DNA of 64,000 nt from an uncultured Gammaproteobacteria bacterium (GTDB lineage Bacteria > Patescibacteriota > Patescibacteriia > SG8-24), in NCBI GenBank assembly GCA_964626205.1, contig CAZVED010000001.1, forward strand, positions 64,961 through 128,960. Direction: 5' to 3'. Under the pieces are notes generated by a model. It searched no databases, was not told the DNA's origin, and saw only the letters and a program-made list of their open reading frames with translations. Positions 21,342 to 29,578 of this stretch are shown here, piece after piece. Made by a program: the position numbers and the translations under genes. The first letter of the stretch is position 1; the number at the start of each line of letters is the position of its first letter.

Positions 21342-23288
21342 TCAGTGAGTACGCTTGCGACGGTCGCCGTACGGGCGTTCCGAACGGCGTCGTTCGCGCT
21401 TTTGTTGCGACCGCTTCGTCGTCCGCTTGAGGAAGCGGAACGAGGGGACTGTGCGGAGGATCTCGTCGCAGGGGACGATATCCGGGAGCCACGCGGCGGG
21501 AACCGCGTGCAGGCCGCGCGCGTACGTTTCCGATGACTCGATGACGCCGGACGCCACGAGGTACTCCGGTGAGACGCGTCCGCGCAGCGACGATCCGCGG
21601 AACATCTTGATGCCCTTGAGGCGGCGTCCACGGTACGTCTTGCCGGTCTCGTCCTTCATGAGCAGGTTCGCGATGAGCCCCTTGGCGATGGCTTTGCCCA
21701 CCGCTTCGGCACCGTGCGTGTGCGTCACTGGCACGCCGTCCTCTTCGAGGATGGCGATAATCTGCGCTTCCACGTCGAGGATCTCCTCGAGCGCGGTCTG
21801 GTGCAGGTAGTTCGCCTTGGCGAACGCCATGCGGTCGCGGCTGAGCCGCCATGCGGTGACGGCCTTGAGCGTCGTGAGGAAGTCGGAGAAGTCGACGCGG
21901 AACCGCTCGTGAGCGGCGTCTGCGTCTTCCTCCTCGCCCTGCGGACGCACGAAGACCGGTCGCGTGGCGAACGTCGCGGCGATGGTGGCGACCGAACGGA
22001 CGCATCGGAGGTCGGTCGCGGCGAGCACCATCCGTGTCACCGCTGGTGGCAACGGGATGTCGCTCATGCGTTCGCCGTCCTTGGTAAGGTGTCCGTCCGG
22101 CGTGAGGCCGCGGAGCAGGATGAGGCGGTCGCGAGCGTCGTCCCAGAGCGCCGCCGAAGGCGGGTTCAGGAACGGCAGCTCGCGGAGCTCGTCACTGTCC
22201 AGGCCGATGCCTTTCAGCGCAAGCAGGACGGGTTCGAGCGACGAACGCAGGATCTCTGGGACGGTGTACGCCGGACGCTGGCGGAACTCGGCCTCGCTAT
22301 ACAAGCGATAGCAGATTCCCGGTTGCGTGCGGCCCGCGCGTCCGGCTCGCTGGTCGCAGCCGGCCCGCGCGTGCGGCACGACGCGGAACGTCGATGCCGC
22401 CCATGCGGGGTCGTACGACATCTCCTTGATGAGTCCCGAGTCCACGACCGCCGTGAGGCCGTCGAGGGTCAGGGACGTCTCGGCGATGTTCGTCGCGACG
22501 ATGACTGAGCGCCTAGTACGGTCCAGCACCGCTCGTTGTTCATCGGGCGACTGGTTGCCGTAGAGCGCGTAGATGCCGATGTCCGCATGTCGCTGCTCCA
22601 GGAGCGAGACGGTCAGGCGGATGTGCCGTTCGTCCGGCATGAACACCAGGACGTCGCCGTGGGTCTTCTTGAGCGCGCGCGCGGTGAAGTCCGCCGCGTG
22701 GCGGATGACGTCGGGCGAGCTGCCGACATATTCGATGTGCACCGGATGTGTACGTCCTTTGACGTGGATCACCGGGGCATCGAACGCCTGCGCAAAACGC
22801 TGTTCGTCGAGTGTCGCGCTCATGAGCACGAGCTTCAGCTCCGGACGCGCCGCGAGGACGGCCGGCATCAGCGCCATGAGGACGTCCTGGTTGATGCCGC
22901 GCTCATGCACCTCGTCCAAGATGATCACGGCGTATTTGCTGAGCAGCGGATCCGAACGCATTTCCCGGAGGAGGATGCCCTCGGTCGCGTACTTCACGCG
23001 CGTGGTCGAGTCCGTCACGTTCTTGTGGCGGATCTGGTAGCCGATCTCGGTGCCGAGTTCGGTACCATGGAGCGAGGACGCATACGCGCTCACTGCCATG
23101 GCGGCGATGCGGCGCGGTTGCGTGCAGACGATCTGGCCGGCGTTGCCGGACCAATCGTCCAGGAGCATAAGCGGGACCCGCGAGGTCTTTCCGCAACCGG
23201 TCTCGCCGGCGATGACCGTGACCTGATGGCGTCGGACGGTATCCGTGATTTCGGCAACGTGAGCATCGATGGGCAGGCGTGCTTGCAC
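21342..23288 (-). CDS. ATP-dependent DEAH-box helicase, HrpA/HrpB-like (649 aa from GTG)
   Basis: Motifs GETGCGKTS and DEVHER, helicase C-domain and HA2-like region, basic C-terminal tail. Start reassigned to GTG at 23288 with a perfect AAGGAG Shine-Dalgarno 6 nt upstream; the track's TTG at 23339 is less likely. Confidence 0.85.
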   Translation of the reverse strand: MQARLPIDAHVAEITDTVRRHQVTVIAGETGCGKTSRVPLMLLDDWSGNAGQIVCTQPRRIAAMAVSAYASSLHGTELGTEIGYQIRHKNVTDSTTRVKYATEGILLREMRSDPLLSKYAVIILDEVHERGINQDVLMALMPAVLAARPELKLVLMSATLDEQRFAQAFDAPVIHVKGRTHPVHIEYVGSSPDVIRHAADFTARALKKTHGDVLVFMPDERHIRLTVSLLEQRHADIGIYALYGNQSPDEQRAVLDRTRRSVIVATNIAETSLTLDGLTAVVDSGLIKEMSYDPAWAASTFRVVPHARAGCDQRAGRAGRTQPGICYRLYSEAEFRQRPAYTVPEILRSSLEPVLLALKGIGLDSDELRELPFLNPPSAALWDDARDRLILLRGLTPDGHLTKDGERMSDIPLPPAVTRMVLAATDLRCVRSVATIAATFATRPVFVRPQGEEEDADAAHERFRVDFSDFLTTLKAVTAWRLSRDRMAFAKANYLHQTALEEILDVEAQIIAILEEDGVPVTHTHGAEAVGKAIAKGLIANLLMKDETGKTYRGRRLKGIKMFRGSSLRGRVSPEYLVASGVIESSETYARGLHAVPAAWLPDIVPCDEILRTVPSFRFLKRTTKRSQQKRERRRSERPYGDRRKRTH

Positions 23289-23342
23289 GGGTAGCTCCTT
23301 GGTAAAAGGACCACGCTCCGGGGACGACCCGCGGAACAAGCG

Positions 23343-23371
23343 ACCATAGCGGAGAAACGCCTTTTCGTCAA
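23343..23371 (-). promoter_or_regulatory. sigma70-like promoter TTGACG-N17-TATGGT for the helicase gene
   Basis: Read on the minus strand, about 48 nt upstream of the GTG start. Confidence 0.45.
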
Positions 23372-23399
23372 TCAGAAAACCCGCTTATCTTCACGACGG

Positions 23400-23640
23400 T
23401 TTTTTGCTCGCAATATCCTATTTTAGGCGGCCCGTCCGACAGCCCGTCCTGACGCACGATTGCCCGGGCGGGTCTAAAGAAATACCCGCCCTTTGCTCGG
23501 TGATCTTCGTGCGTCAGGCCGTCCTGCCGGACGGGCCGCCAGAGCACCCGCGTGGAATGTGTCATTGCGAGCGGGCTGTACTCAGCCCCGAAGGCCGGGC
23601 TATCATCCTGATTCAATGTAGCCCGGCATCCCGCCCTTAG
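23400..23640. repeat. compound palindromic intergenic element(s), TGTCATTGCGAG family
   Basis: Nested inverted repeats: ggcggcccgtccg...cggacgggccgcc (13 bp), cctgacgcacga...tcgtgcgtcagg (12 bp), inner gggcgggt...acccgccc. Contains tgtgtcattgcgag and gtactcagccccgaag, which recur in the element at 30356-30461. Confidence 0.5.
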
Positions 23641-23719
23641 GTGGGTCAATCCCGAGCAGGAATAGGAGTGCGTCATGGCGCGTTCAGGGTTTGTCGTTCC
23701 GCGACCCACCCGCTCCGCG

Positions 23720-24325
23720 TCAGCCGTTGGAGGCAGGGGAGAGCGTGTTCGTGAAGCTCTGCAGGCGGCCGTCCGAAGAGAGGCTGATGCGTACGTGCGG
23801 TGGTTCGTCATCGTCCGCGCTTGGCGACGCGTAGTCGTCCCAGCGGAAATGATAGAGTTCGCCGCCCTCGTTTCCTTCGAACGGGTGCAGGCGGGTATAG
23901 CGATCCTCGAAATCCGGGACAAGGCGCCTCAGAAGAGAAACGGCCTTTTCTCGGATCGGTGCGACGCTCGTCCGTTCTTTTCGAGCGCGAGCCGTCCGTG
24001 TTGCCGGATAGTGATCCTTCGTTGGAAAAGACTGCAGGACGGAGAGGGAGCGGGGTTCGATCCAGTAGTGGAAACCGTTTTCGTCGACATAGACGTCTAT
24101 GAAAGTGTCGTTATGGGGGAGCGGATGGCGTCGGGAGGCGCTGTACCAGACACGCAAGTCGGGTTGTTCACGGAGCTCGCGAATGAGGTCTACCGCGGCT
24201 CGGTGGGCGGCATACGTCGCGCGAGCATCGAGACGGAGGTCCTGACGGATATCGTGATCGGTGCATCCGTACAGGAGCTCGCGTTCCAACGCGCGTTCGA
24301 TGTGGGCGAGATAGTCGTCATGCAT
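23720..24325 (-). CDS. hypothetical protein (~200 aa)
   Basis: Genome-typical codon usage. Internal ATG at 24325 chosen; the track starts at TTG 24367. The antisense plus-strand ORF 23675-24349 is R/A/V-rich and judged spurious. Confidence 0.5.
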   Translation of the reverse strand: MHDDYLAHIERALERELLYGCTDHDIRQDLRLDARATYAAHRAAVDLIRELREQPDLRVWYSASRRHPLPHNDTFIDVYVDENGFHYWIEPRSLSVLQSFPTKDHYPATRTARARKERTSVAPIREKAVSLLRRLVPDFEDRYTRLHPFEGNEGGELYHFRWDDYASPSADDDEPPHVRISLSSDGRLQSFTNTLSPASNG

Positions 24326-24369
24326 GGCATTCGAGCGACAGGTGAATGAGTTTTCCCCAGGGCTCAAGG

Positions 24370-24413
24370 ACCGTATGCAAAAGGAATAAAAGTGTCAAGA
24401 AGCTGACACTTTT
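24370..24413 (-). promoter_or_regulatory. promoter TTGACA-N17-TACGGT with a perfect palindrome overlapping the -35 (possible operator)
   Basis: aaaagtgtcaagaagctgacactttt (24388-24413) is a 7-bp perfect inverted repeat with A/T flanks; it contains the -35 TTGACA of the minus-strand gene at 23720-24325. Confidence 0.4.
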
Positions 24414-24462
24414 ACACCATTGAGCTTATTTTAAACTGAAAAGGGAGCTTGTGGATAACTTC

Positions 24463-24505
24463 AGAAAAGAAAATCCCGACCGTGCATGACATGCAGGTCG
24501 GGATC
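24463..24505 (-). terminator. intrinsic terminator for gene 24540-25202 (minus strand)
   Basis: ggatcccgac...gtcgggat 9-bp stem with palindromic loop tgcatgacatgca, followed on the minus strand by ttttcttttct. Confidence 0.6.
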
Positions 24506-24539
24506 GGATGTCATCGCGCTACGGCGATGATACGGATGT

Positions 24540-25202
24540 TCAGGCGTGCTTGGTTGAGCGGCTGATGACGCCGTCGCGGAGACGGCGGGCGCGGTGCGGG
24601 AGCGGATCGGGCTTCACGTCGAGCGCGGTCGCGCTGCCACTCTTCGCGATGCTCGCGAGGAGCTTGCTACCGAGTGTGTTGGTCACGGCATCGCGACGGT
24701 CGGTCCGAATGTCGATCGTCACGCGACGTGTGCCCGTCACCTTGCGACCTTTGCGGCTGGTGGGGCAGCTGCCATCGGCGCGGAAGACGTCGATGGGGAA
24801 CGGTGCGCCGTTCTGCTCCAGGTATTCCTCGAGCTCAGCGGCGTGAGATTCGAGATCTTGCTCGAGCGTGTGGATGCGGTGATCGAGCACCGATTCCAGG
24901 AACCGCTCCTCGGCGTCGAACGGGCTGCACGAACCGGGCTCGTACGCGCTGCCGTCATCATCACCGTCGGCATCGAGCAGGCGGAAGCCGTCGATCAGCG
25001 CGCCGGCGCAGTAGCGAGTGCAGCCGGCGAGCTCGGTCGCGGCGTCCACATGACTGCTGCCGCGAGTGGTGCTTGCACGCAATGCGTCGAACACGCGCTG
25101 CGACGTATCGAAAGCTTCTTCCCGACGGTCCAGATCCTTGCGGAGCGGGGTCGTGTTGGCGGGGCGAGCGGTTTTCCGGCCAGCGGCGTGGAAACGTGCC
25201 AT
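24540..25202 (-). CDS. hypothetical protein (220 aa), acidic centre, basic C-terminus
   Basis: GGAGGT Shine-Dalgarno 5 nt before ATG 25202. Own promoter and terminator. No recognisable domain. Confidence 0.5.
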   Translation of the reverse strand: MARFHAAGRKTARPANTTPLRKDLDRREEAFDTSQRVFDALRASTTRGSSHVDAATELAGCTRYCAGALIDGFRLLDADGDDDGSAYEPGSCSPFDAEERFLESVLDHRIHTLEQDLESHAAELEEYLEQNGAPFPIDVFRADGSCPTSRKGRKVTGTRRVTIDIRTDRRDAVTNTLGSKLLASIAKSGSATALDVKPDPLPHRARRLRDGVISRSTKHA

Positions 25203-25266
25203 GAGAACCTCCAAATGTAGAGAACGGGTTGGACAAGGGAAAATCCCTCATCTATCGACAACGATG

Positions 25267-25295
25267 AGCATAGCATAAATACGTCTTTTTGTCAA
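25267..25295 (-). promoter_or_regulatory. promoter TTGACA-N17-TATGCT (extended TGCTATGCT)
   Basis: Consensus -35 and spacing, upstream of the 25202 start. Confidence 0.5.
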
Positions 25296-25304
25296 TAATA
25301 GCTG

Positions 25305-25337
25305 ACAAAAAAGCCCGTACACGCATGGTGTACGGGC
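25305..25337 (-). terminator. intrinsic terminator for the small acidic gene
   Basis: gcccgtacac-gcatg-gtgtacgggc followed by tttttt on the minus strand. Confidence 0.65.
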
Positions 25338-25348
25338 CGGAGAAGCCG

Positions 25349-25516
25349 TCAGCTGGAGAGGGAGGCGATGTCCTCGATGTCCTCGCGGTCGAAGCGCCGA
25401 AGGGGATCGCGCTCCGCAGGCTCCTCTTCGCCGCGCATGTGGCGGTACAGCGCCTCGCTCTCTTCGCCATCGACTTCGTCGAACAAGATACCTTCGCTAC
25501 CACGACGCTTGGCCAT
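25349..25516 (-). CDS. small acidic protein (55 aa)
   Basis: TGGAGG Shine-Dalgarno then ATG. Sequence MAKRRGSEGILFDEVDGEESEALYRHMRGEEEPAERDPLRRFDREDIEDIASLSS. Own promoter and terminator. Confidence 0.4.
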   Translation of the reverse strand: MAKRRGSEGILFDEVDGEESEALYRHMRGEEEPAERDPLRRFDREDIEDIASLSS

Positions 25517-25551
25517 GAAAACCTCCACAAAGGACGAAAGTGTCCGACCGG

Positions 25552-25625
25552 AACGTAGCATGGTTCTGCACTTTTGTCAATGCGTCGAGGACGCCACTCC
25601 CGCTTTCCCGGACGCTTGCTATACT
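25552..25625. promoter_or_regulatory. divergent promoter region: minus TTGACA-N17-TACGTT; plus extended -10 TGCTATACT for holB
   Basis: Hexamers at 25575-25580 and 25552-25557 on the minus strand; plus-strand TGCTATACT at 25617-25625, 10 nt before the holB ATG. Confidence 0.45.
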
Positions 25626-25635
25626 TCGCTCACCT

Positions 25636-26628
25636 ATGAAGATCGACGCCACACAATGCATCGTTACAGAGCACCCAATCATCGGCCATGGTGCCGCGGT
25701 CGGTCTGCTGTCGCGTGCTTTTGAGAGCGGCCGATTGGCGCATGGCTACCTTTTCGTCGGGCCGGCGCATGTCGGGAAAGGCGTCGTCGCCCGTGCGCTT
25801 GCGGAGGCGCTCCTCGAGACGCATCAGCTTTCCGCGCACCCGGATTTTTTCCACGTGGAACGCGGCGTGGACGAGAAGACTGGCGCTGTGGCAAGCGGTA
25901 TCGGCATCGAGCAGATTCGTGACGTGCGCAGCAGGCTTTCGCTCGGCGCGATGATGCGTGGCTGGAAAGTTGTACTGATTGAGGATGCGCATCTGTTGAG
26001 CGAAGATGCGGCTTCCGCGCTGCTGAAGCATTTGGAAGAACCGCACCCGAAGACCGTCCTTATCCTGCTCGCGGACGATGCGGAGAATGTCTTGCCGACC
26101 ATTCGATCGCGTTGCCAGATGCTGAGGTTCCCGCGTGTCGCGATCGAGGACGTCCGTGATGGGCTGGTGGCGCGAGGTGTCGCGCAGGGCGATGCCGACC
26201 TGTATGCGCGATTGTCTGCAGGGAGACCCGGTCTGGCGTTGCGGTTCGCGGAGCGACCGGAAGAGCTCGACGCCGTGCGGACCATGCGTGACGCCATTAT
26301 CGACTTGCCCGTATTGTCGGTCGCGGAACGATGGAAGGCACTTGGTGCGTTTTTCCCGGCAAAGGCGACATTCATCGAACTCGGCATCGTCGCTGACGCG
26401 TTTCTTGACCTCGCAGCCGAGTTGTTGCGGGATGTCTTGTTGCTCCAACATGACGCCGATGCCGCGCTGACGCACGCCGACGAGCGCGCACGACTCGTGC
26501 AATGGGCTGCCACTATGCGTCAAGGTGGCGCGGAGGCGGCGCTTCATGAGCTTGAGGATGCTCGTGAGCGTGTCGCACGGAACGTCAATCCGCGCTCCGC
26601 GCTGGAGCATTTTGTCCTCGCGCTTTGA
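25636..26628 (+). CDS. holB: DNA polymerase III delta-prime subunit HolB
   Basis: AAA+ clamp-loader core GYLFVGPAHVGKG, LKHLEEP, sensor PTIRSRCQ. 330 aa. Confidence 0.8.
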   Translation: MKIDATQCIVTEHPIIGHGAAVGLLSRAFESGRLAHGYLFVGPAHVGKGVVARALAEALLETHQLSAHPDFFHVERGVDEKTGAVASGIGIEQIRDVRSRLSLGAMMRGWKVVLIEDAHLLSEDAASALLKHLEEPHPKTVLILLADDAENVLPTIRSRCQMLRFPRVAIEDVRDGLVARGVAQGDADLYARLSAGRPGLALRFAERPEELDAVRTMRDAIIDLPVLSVAERWKALGAFFPAKATFIELGIVADAFLDLAAELLRDVLLLQHDADAALTHADERARLVQWAATMRQGGAEAALHELEDARERVARNVNPRSALEHFVLAL

Positions 26629-26675
26629 GGCGGCGGCGTGCTATGCTTGTCCGTGAAGCCTTACCATCATCACGT

Positions 26676-27734
26676 ATGTCATCACGCAGCATGTTTTCCT
26701 TGCTCCTCGCCGCCATCGTCTTCGTTGGCGCGGGATGCATCACCATCGAGACCGGAGAGGGCGGTGCCGGAAACGGTGGTATCTTCAAGACCGTGGATAA
26801 GGGCGATGCTTGGACGCAGCGGGTCGCGATTCCGACGACGGACGGCTCGGCGCGCGGTATCGGCGCGTATTCCGTCGTGACCATCGCGCAGGACCCGCAA
26901 GATCCGAACGCTATCTATGTCGGCACATCCGAGAACGGTATGTGGTTTTCCTATGACGGTGGAATTGCCTGGTACCAACCGGCGCAACTTCGTCGCGGCC
27001 GCATCAACGCCATCGCCGTAGATCCGAAGAACAAGTGCGTCGTGTACGTCACATCCGAGAACCGCATCCTCAAGTCCACCGACTGTTCCCGAACGTACGA
27101 AGCGACGTATCTCGACACCCGCACGGCTCGTGTCATGACGGCAATCGTGGTCGATGCGTTCAATCCAAACATTGTCTGGATCGGAAACGATGGCGGCGAC
27201 GTGCTCAAGTCCGAAGACAGTGGCGTGTCATGGAAGCCGGTCACCTCCTTCCGGAGCGGGGTGAAGCGCATGGTTGCTTCCGCGGACGATAGCCGTCGTG
27301 TCTATGCGGGTACGGAGAAGAACGGTATTTGGCGCACGGACGATGCTGGCGCGAACTGGCTCGATCTACGCGAGAACTACAAGGAGATTCGTGACACCGC
27401 AGACCTGTACGACATGGCGCTCGGAGTGAGCGATCCGCAGGTAGTCGTCGCGGCGGTCAAGCAAGGGCTCATCGTGTCGAGGGATCGCGGCACGACGTGG
27501 ACTGCGATGGAGTTGCTCACGCCGGCATCGAGCGCGGTCATCCATGCTGTGGCCGTGGATCCGAAGGATGCGAACAGCATCTACTACGGCACGTCAACGA
27601 CGTTCTATCGCAGCCCGAACGGAGGCGTAAACTGGGTGCCAAAGAAACTCCCGACGACTCGTGCCGCGACAGCGCTCCTCGTTGACAGGTCGAATCCGAG
27701 CGTGTTGTATATGGGCGTCACGCAATTCAAGTAA
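26676..27734 (+). CDS. BNR/Asp-box repeat (Ycf48/sialidase-like beta-propeller) lipoprotein
   Basis: Signal peptide with lipobox FVGAGC. Repeated S-x-D-x-G-x-(T/S)-W motifs (SYDGGIAW, SEDSGVSW, SRDRGTTW, SPNGGVNW). Confidence 0.6.
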   Translation: MSSRSMFSLLLAAIVFVGAGCITIETGEGGAGNGGIFKTVDKGDAWTQRVAIPTTDGSARGIGAYSVVTIAQDPQDPNAIYVGTSENGMWFSYDGGIAWYQPAQLRRGRINAIAVDPKNKCVVYVTSENRILKSTDCSRTYEATYLDTRTARVMTAIVVDAFNPNIVWIGNDGGDVLKSEDSGVSWKPVTSFRSGVKRMVASADDSRRVYAGTEKNGIWRTDDAGANWLDLRENYKEIRDTADLYDMALGVSDPQVVVAAVKQGLIVSRDRGTTWTAMELLTPASSAVIHAVAVDPKDANSIYYGTSTTFYRSPNGGVNWVPKKLPTTRAATALLVDRSNPSVLYMGVTQFK

Positions 27735-27740
27735 TCATGT

Positions 27741-28295
27741 ATGAAACAGGAGATCGCGCAGTACAAGGACCTTTTCGAAAAACCCATCGCCTTCCTTCAT
27801 TCCGAGCTGTCCGTGCTTCGTACGGGTCGTGCCACGCCGGCGCTCGTGGAGCATATCCATGTTGAAGCGTACGGGACGCGCCAGGAACTGATGACGCTCG
27901 CGTCCATTTCCACCCCGGATTCTCGTACCATCGTTATCGAGCCGTGGGACAAATCCGTGACGAAAGACATCGAGCGCGGCATCACGGAAGCCGGAATTGG
28001 TCTGAATCCTACCGTGCAGGGAACCGTCATTCGCATCGTATTGCCTATTCTCACGGAAGAGACGCGCAAGAATCTTATCAAGGTCATGCACGAGAAGGTC
28101 GAAGAAGCCCGTGTGGGCGTCCGCGGTGCGCGCGACGAGGTGAAGGCGGTCATCGTGAAGGCGGAGAAAGACAAGGAAATTCCTGAGGACGACAAGTACA
28201 AGTTCCTCGAGGAGCTCGACAAGTTCGCCGCGATGTACAACGAGAAGATCAAAAAGATCGCGGAGGACAAGGAAACGGAGATTATGACGATGTAG
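27741..28295 (+). CDS. frr: ribosome recycling factor
   Basis: Full-length RRF (184 aa) with the characteristic ...LRTGRA.P.LV..I.V.YYG..TPL.Q.A.IS... region. Confidence 0.92.
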   Translation: MKQEIAQYKDLFEKPIAFLHSELSVLRTGRATPALVEHIHVEAYGTRQELMTLASISTPDSRTIVIEPWDKSVTKDIERGITEAGIGLNPTVQGTVIRIVLPILTEETRKNLIKVMHEKVEEARVGVRGARDEVKAVIVKAEKDKEIPEDDKYKFLEELDKFAAMYNEKIKKIAEDKETEIMTM

Positions 28296-28296
28296 T

Positions 28297-29214
28297 ATGA
28301 CGAACGACGACCACGCCCTGCGCCGTGCTCACGAGCAGGCGTCTGGGCGTGTCTGGGCGTCGTGCGTCGACATGAAAGACGTCGGCAGCTTCGAGGAGTT
28401 CATGGAAACATGGCCGATGTACTGGATGCCACGGAAGGTCGAGGTTGCGCGCATCCTTGCGATCGGGAAACAGATGCAGGCCGCCCGGGGAACGGGCGGT
28501 CCTTTGCGTATTCTCGAGGTCGGCGGAGCGAACGCGGCCCTTGCGGACCTGCTTGTCGGTCTTGCCGAGGAGAACGGTCTCGATGTCGCGTACACCATCG
28601 TTGATCCAGAGGCGGAGACCATGACAGAAGCCGCTATGGCGCATGTCGGCGACCGTCGTTTTTCATTCCATGCTGAAACCGTGGAGCACTTCGTGGCGAA
28701 GCGAGGCCGTGGCGATAGCGAGGATGTGCTTATGGAGGAGTCGCCGGCGTACGACCTCGTCATCAATGCTTGGATGCCGCCGGAGATGGATTTCACCAAG
28801 GATGTCCGTGCTGCGAACGGTGCGGCGATCGTTTATGTCATCGAGACGTGGGGTGGCACCGGAAGCAAAGAGAGCTACGACGGCGGACGGATGTATCGGA
28901 CCGTGGCAGGGTGGGTCGGTCATTCGTTGCCGGAATTGCAACGACAGGACGGTCGAGTAATCGAAGGGGAGCGCAGAGCAGAGTTTTGTAACGCGGTTCT
29001 CATACAGTATCGTCGTGATATCGATGGGGGCGGGCTTCTACCGGACCTGGAGCGCGCGGGCATCGACATGGGGGAGCCGTATCCGTGGGAGGCGGAGCTC
29101 ACGAAGCGACAAGGGGATGTTGCACCAGTGATTCCGCTTGGGGATCGGGAGTATCATGACGACCTGATGGATCTCGTGGAGAGAATGCTCGAACAGCGGA
29201 AAGAAAAGAGGTGA
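28297..29214 (+). CDS. hypothetical protein, possible Rossmann/SAM-MTase-like fold
   Basis: ATG 1 nt after the frr stop. LRILEVGGANAALADLL resembles methyltransferase motif I. Otherwise no diagnostic motifs. Confidence 0.4.
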   Translation: MTNDDHALRRAHEQASGRVWASCVDMKDVGSFEEFMETWPMYWMPRKVEVARILAIGKQMQAARGTGGPLRILEVGGANAALADLLVGLAEENGLDVAYTIVDPEAETMTEAAMAHVGDRRFSFHAETVEHFVAKRGRGDSEDVLMEESPAYDLVINAWMPPEMDFTKDVRAANGAAIVYVIETWGGTGSKESYDGGRMYRTVAGWVGHSLPELQRQDGRVIEGERRAEFCNAVLIQYRRDIDGGGLLPDLERAGIDMGEPYPWEAELTKRQGDVAPVIPLGDREYHDDLMDLVERMLEQRKEKR

Positions 29215-29221
29215 TGTAGAT

Positions 29222-29256
29222 AAAAAGAAAAGCGGCTCATGCAGAGCCGCTTTTTG
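29222..29256. terminator. bidirectional intrinsic terminator
   Basis: aaaaagaaa-agcggctc-atgca-gagccgct-ttttg. Confidence 0.8.
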
Positions 29257-29273
29257 CGAAGTCGGTTTGACCT

Positions 29274-29396
29274 CTACTCCCACGGATAGCTTTGGAGAGC
29301 TTCGGGGACATTCGGTAAGTCGCGGACGATGATTTCTTGCTGGAACATCATGCCCGCGACCATACCGAGGAGGAAGACGACGGTGACGGTGCGCAT
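29274..29396 (-). CDS. small hydrophobic peptide (40 aa), translationally coupled to the upstream peptide
   Basis: ATG overlaps the upstream stop (TGATG). Sequence MRTVTVVFLLGMVAGMMFQQEIIVRDLPNVPEALQSYPWE, with one transmembrane helix. Confidence 0.35.
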   Translation of the reverse strand: MRTVTVVFLLGMVAGMMFQQEIIVRDLPNVPEALQSYPWE

Positions 29397-29533
29397 CAGA
29401 ACAGGACTCGCATCACCACGAAGATGGTGGGGATGGAGCAACTGCCGAGCAGGAGGAAGGTCTTCCAGTCGCTGACCGGTTGATAGTCGGCGCGGGTGGT
29501 GCCTTCTTCGAACACGTTCGTGAGATCTGCCAT
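29396..29533 (-). CDS. small membrane peptide (45 aa)
   Basis: Strong AAGGAG Shine-Dalgarno 8 nt before ATG 29533. Sequence MADLTNVFEEGTTRADYQPVSDWKTFLLLGSCSIPTIFVVMRVLF. Below the ORF track's length cutoff. The track's 104-aa ORF is a frame fusion of this and the next peptide. Confidence 0.45.
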   Translation of the reverse strand: MADLTNVFEEGTTRADYQPVSDWKTFLLLGSCSIPTIFVVMRVLF

Positions 29534-29578
29534 TGAATGAGCTCCTTCTGGTGGAAAATCCACCGGGGTACAACGATG

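Noticed and set aside
21342-23339. Helicase start at the track's TTG (23339)
   Set aside because: An in-frame GTG at 23288 has a perfect AAGGAG Shine-Dalgarno 6 nt upstream and lies downstream of the TTGACG-N17-TATGGT promoter. The TTG start would place the start codon at the transcription start.
23675-24349. Plus-strand 224-aa ORF with an apparently good AGGAG Shine-Dalgarno
   Set aside because: The protein is R/A/V-rich and antisense-like. The minus-strand ORF 23720-24325 has genome-typical codon usage, its own promoter and globular composition. The Shine-Dalgarno-like sequence lies in the 3' region of that gene.
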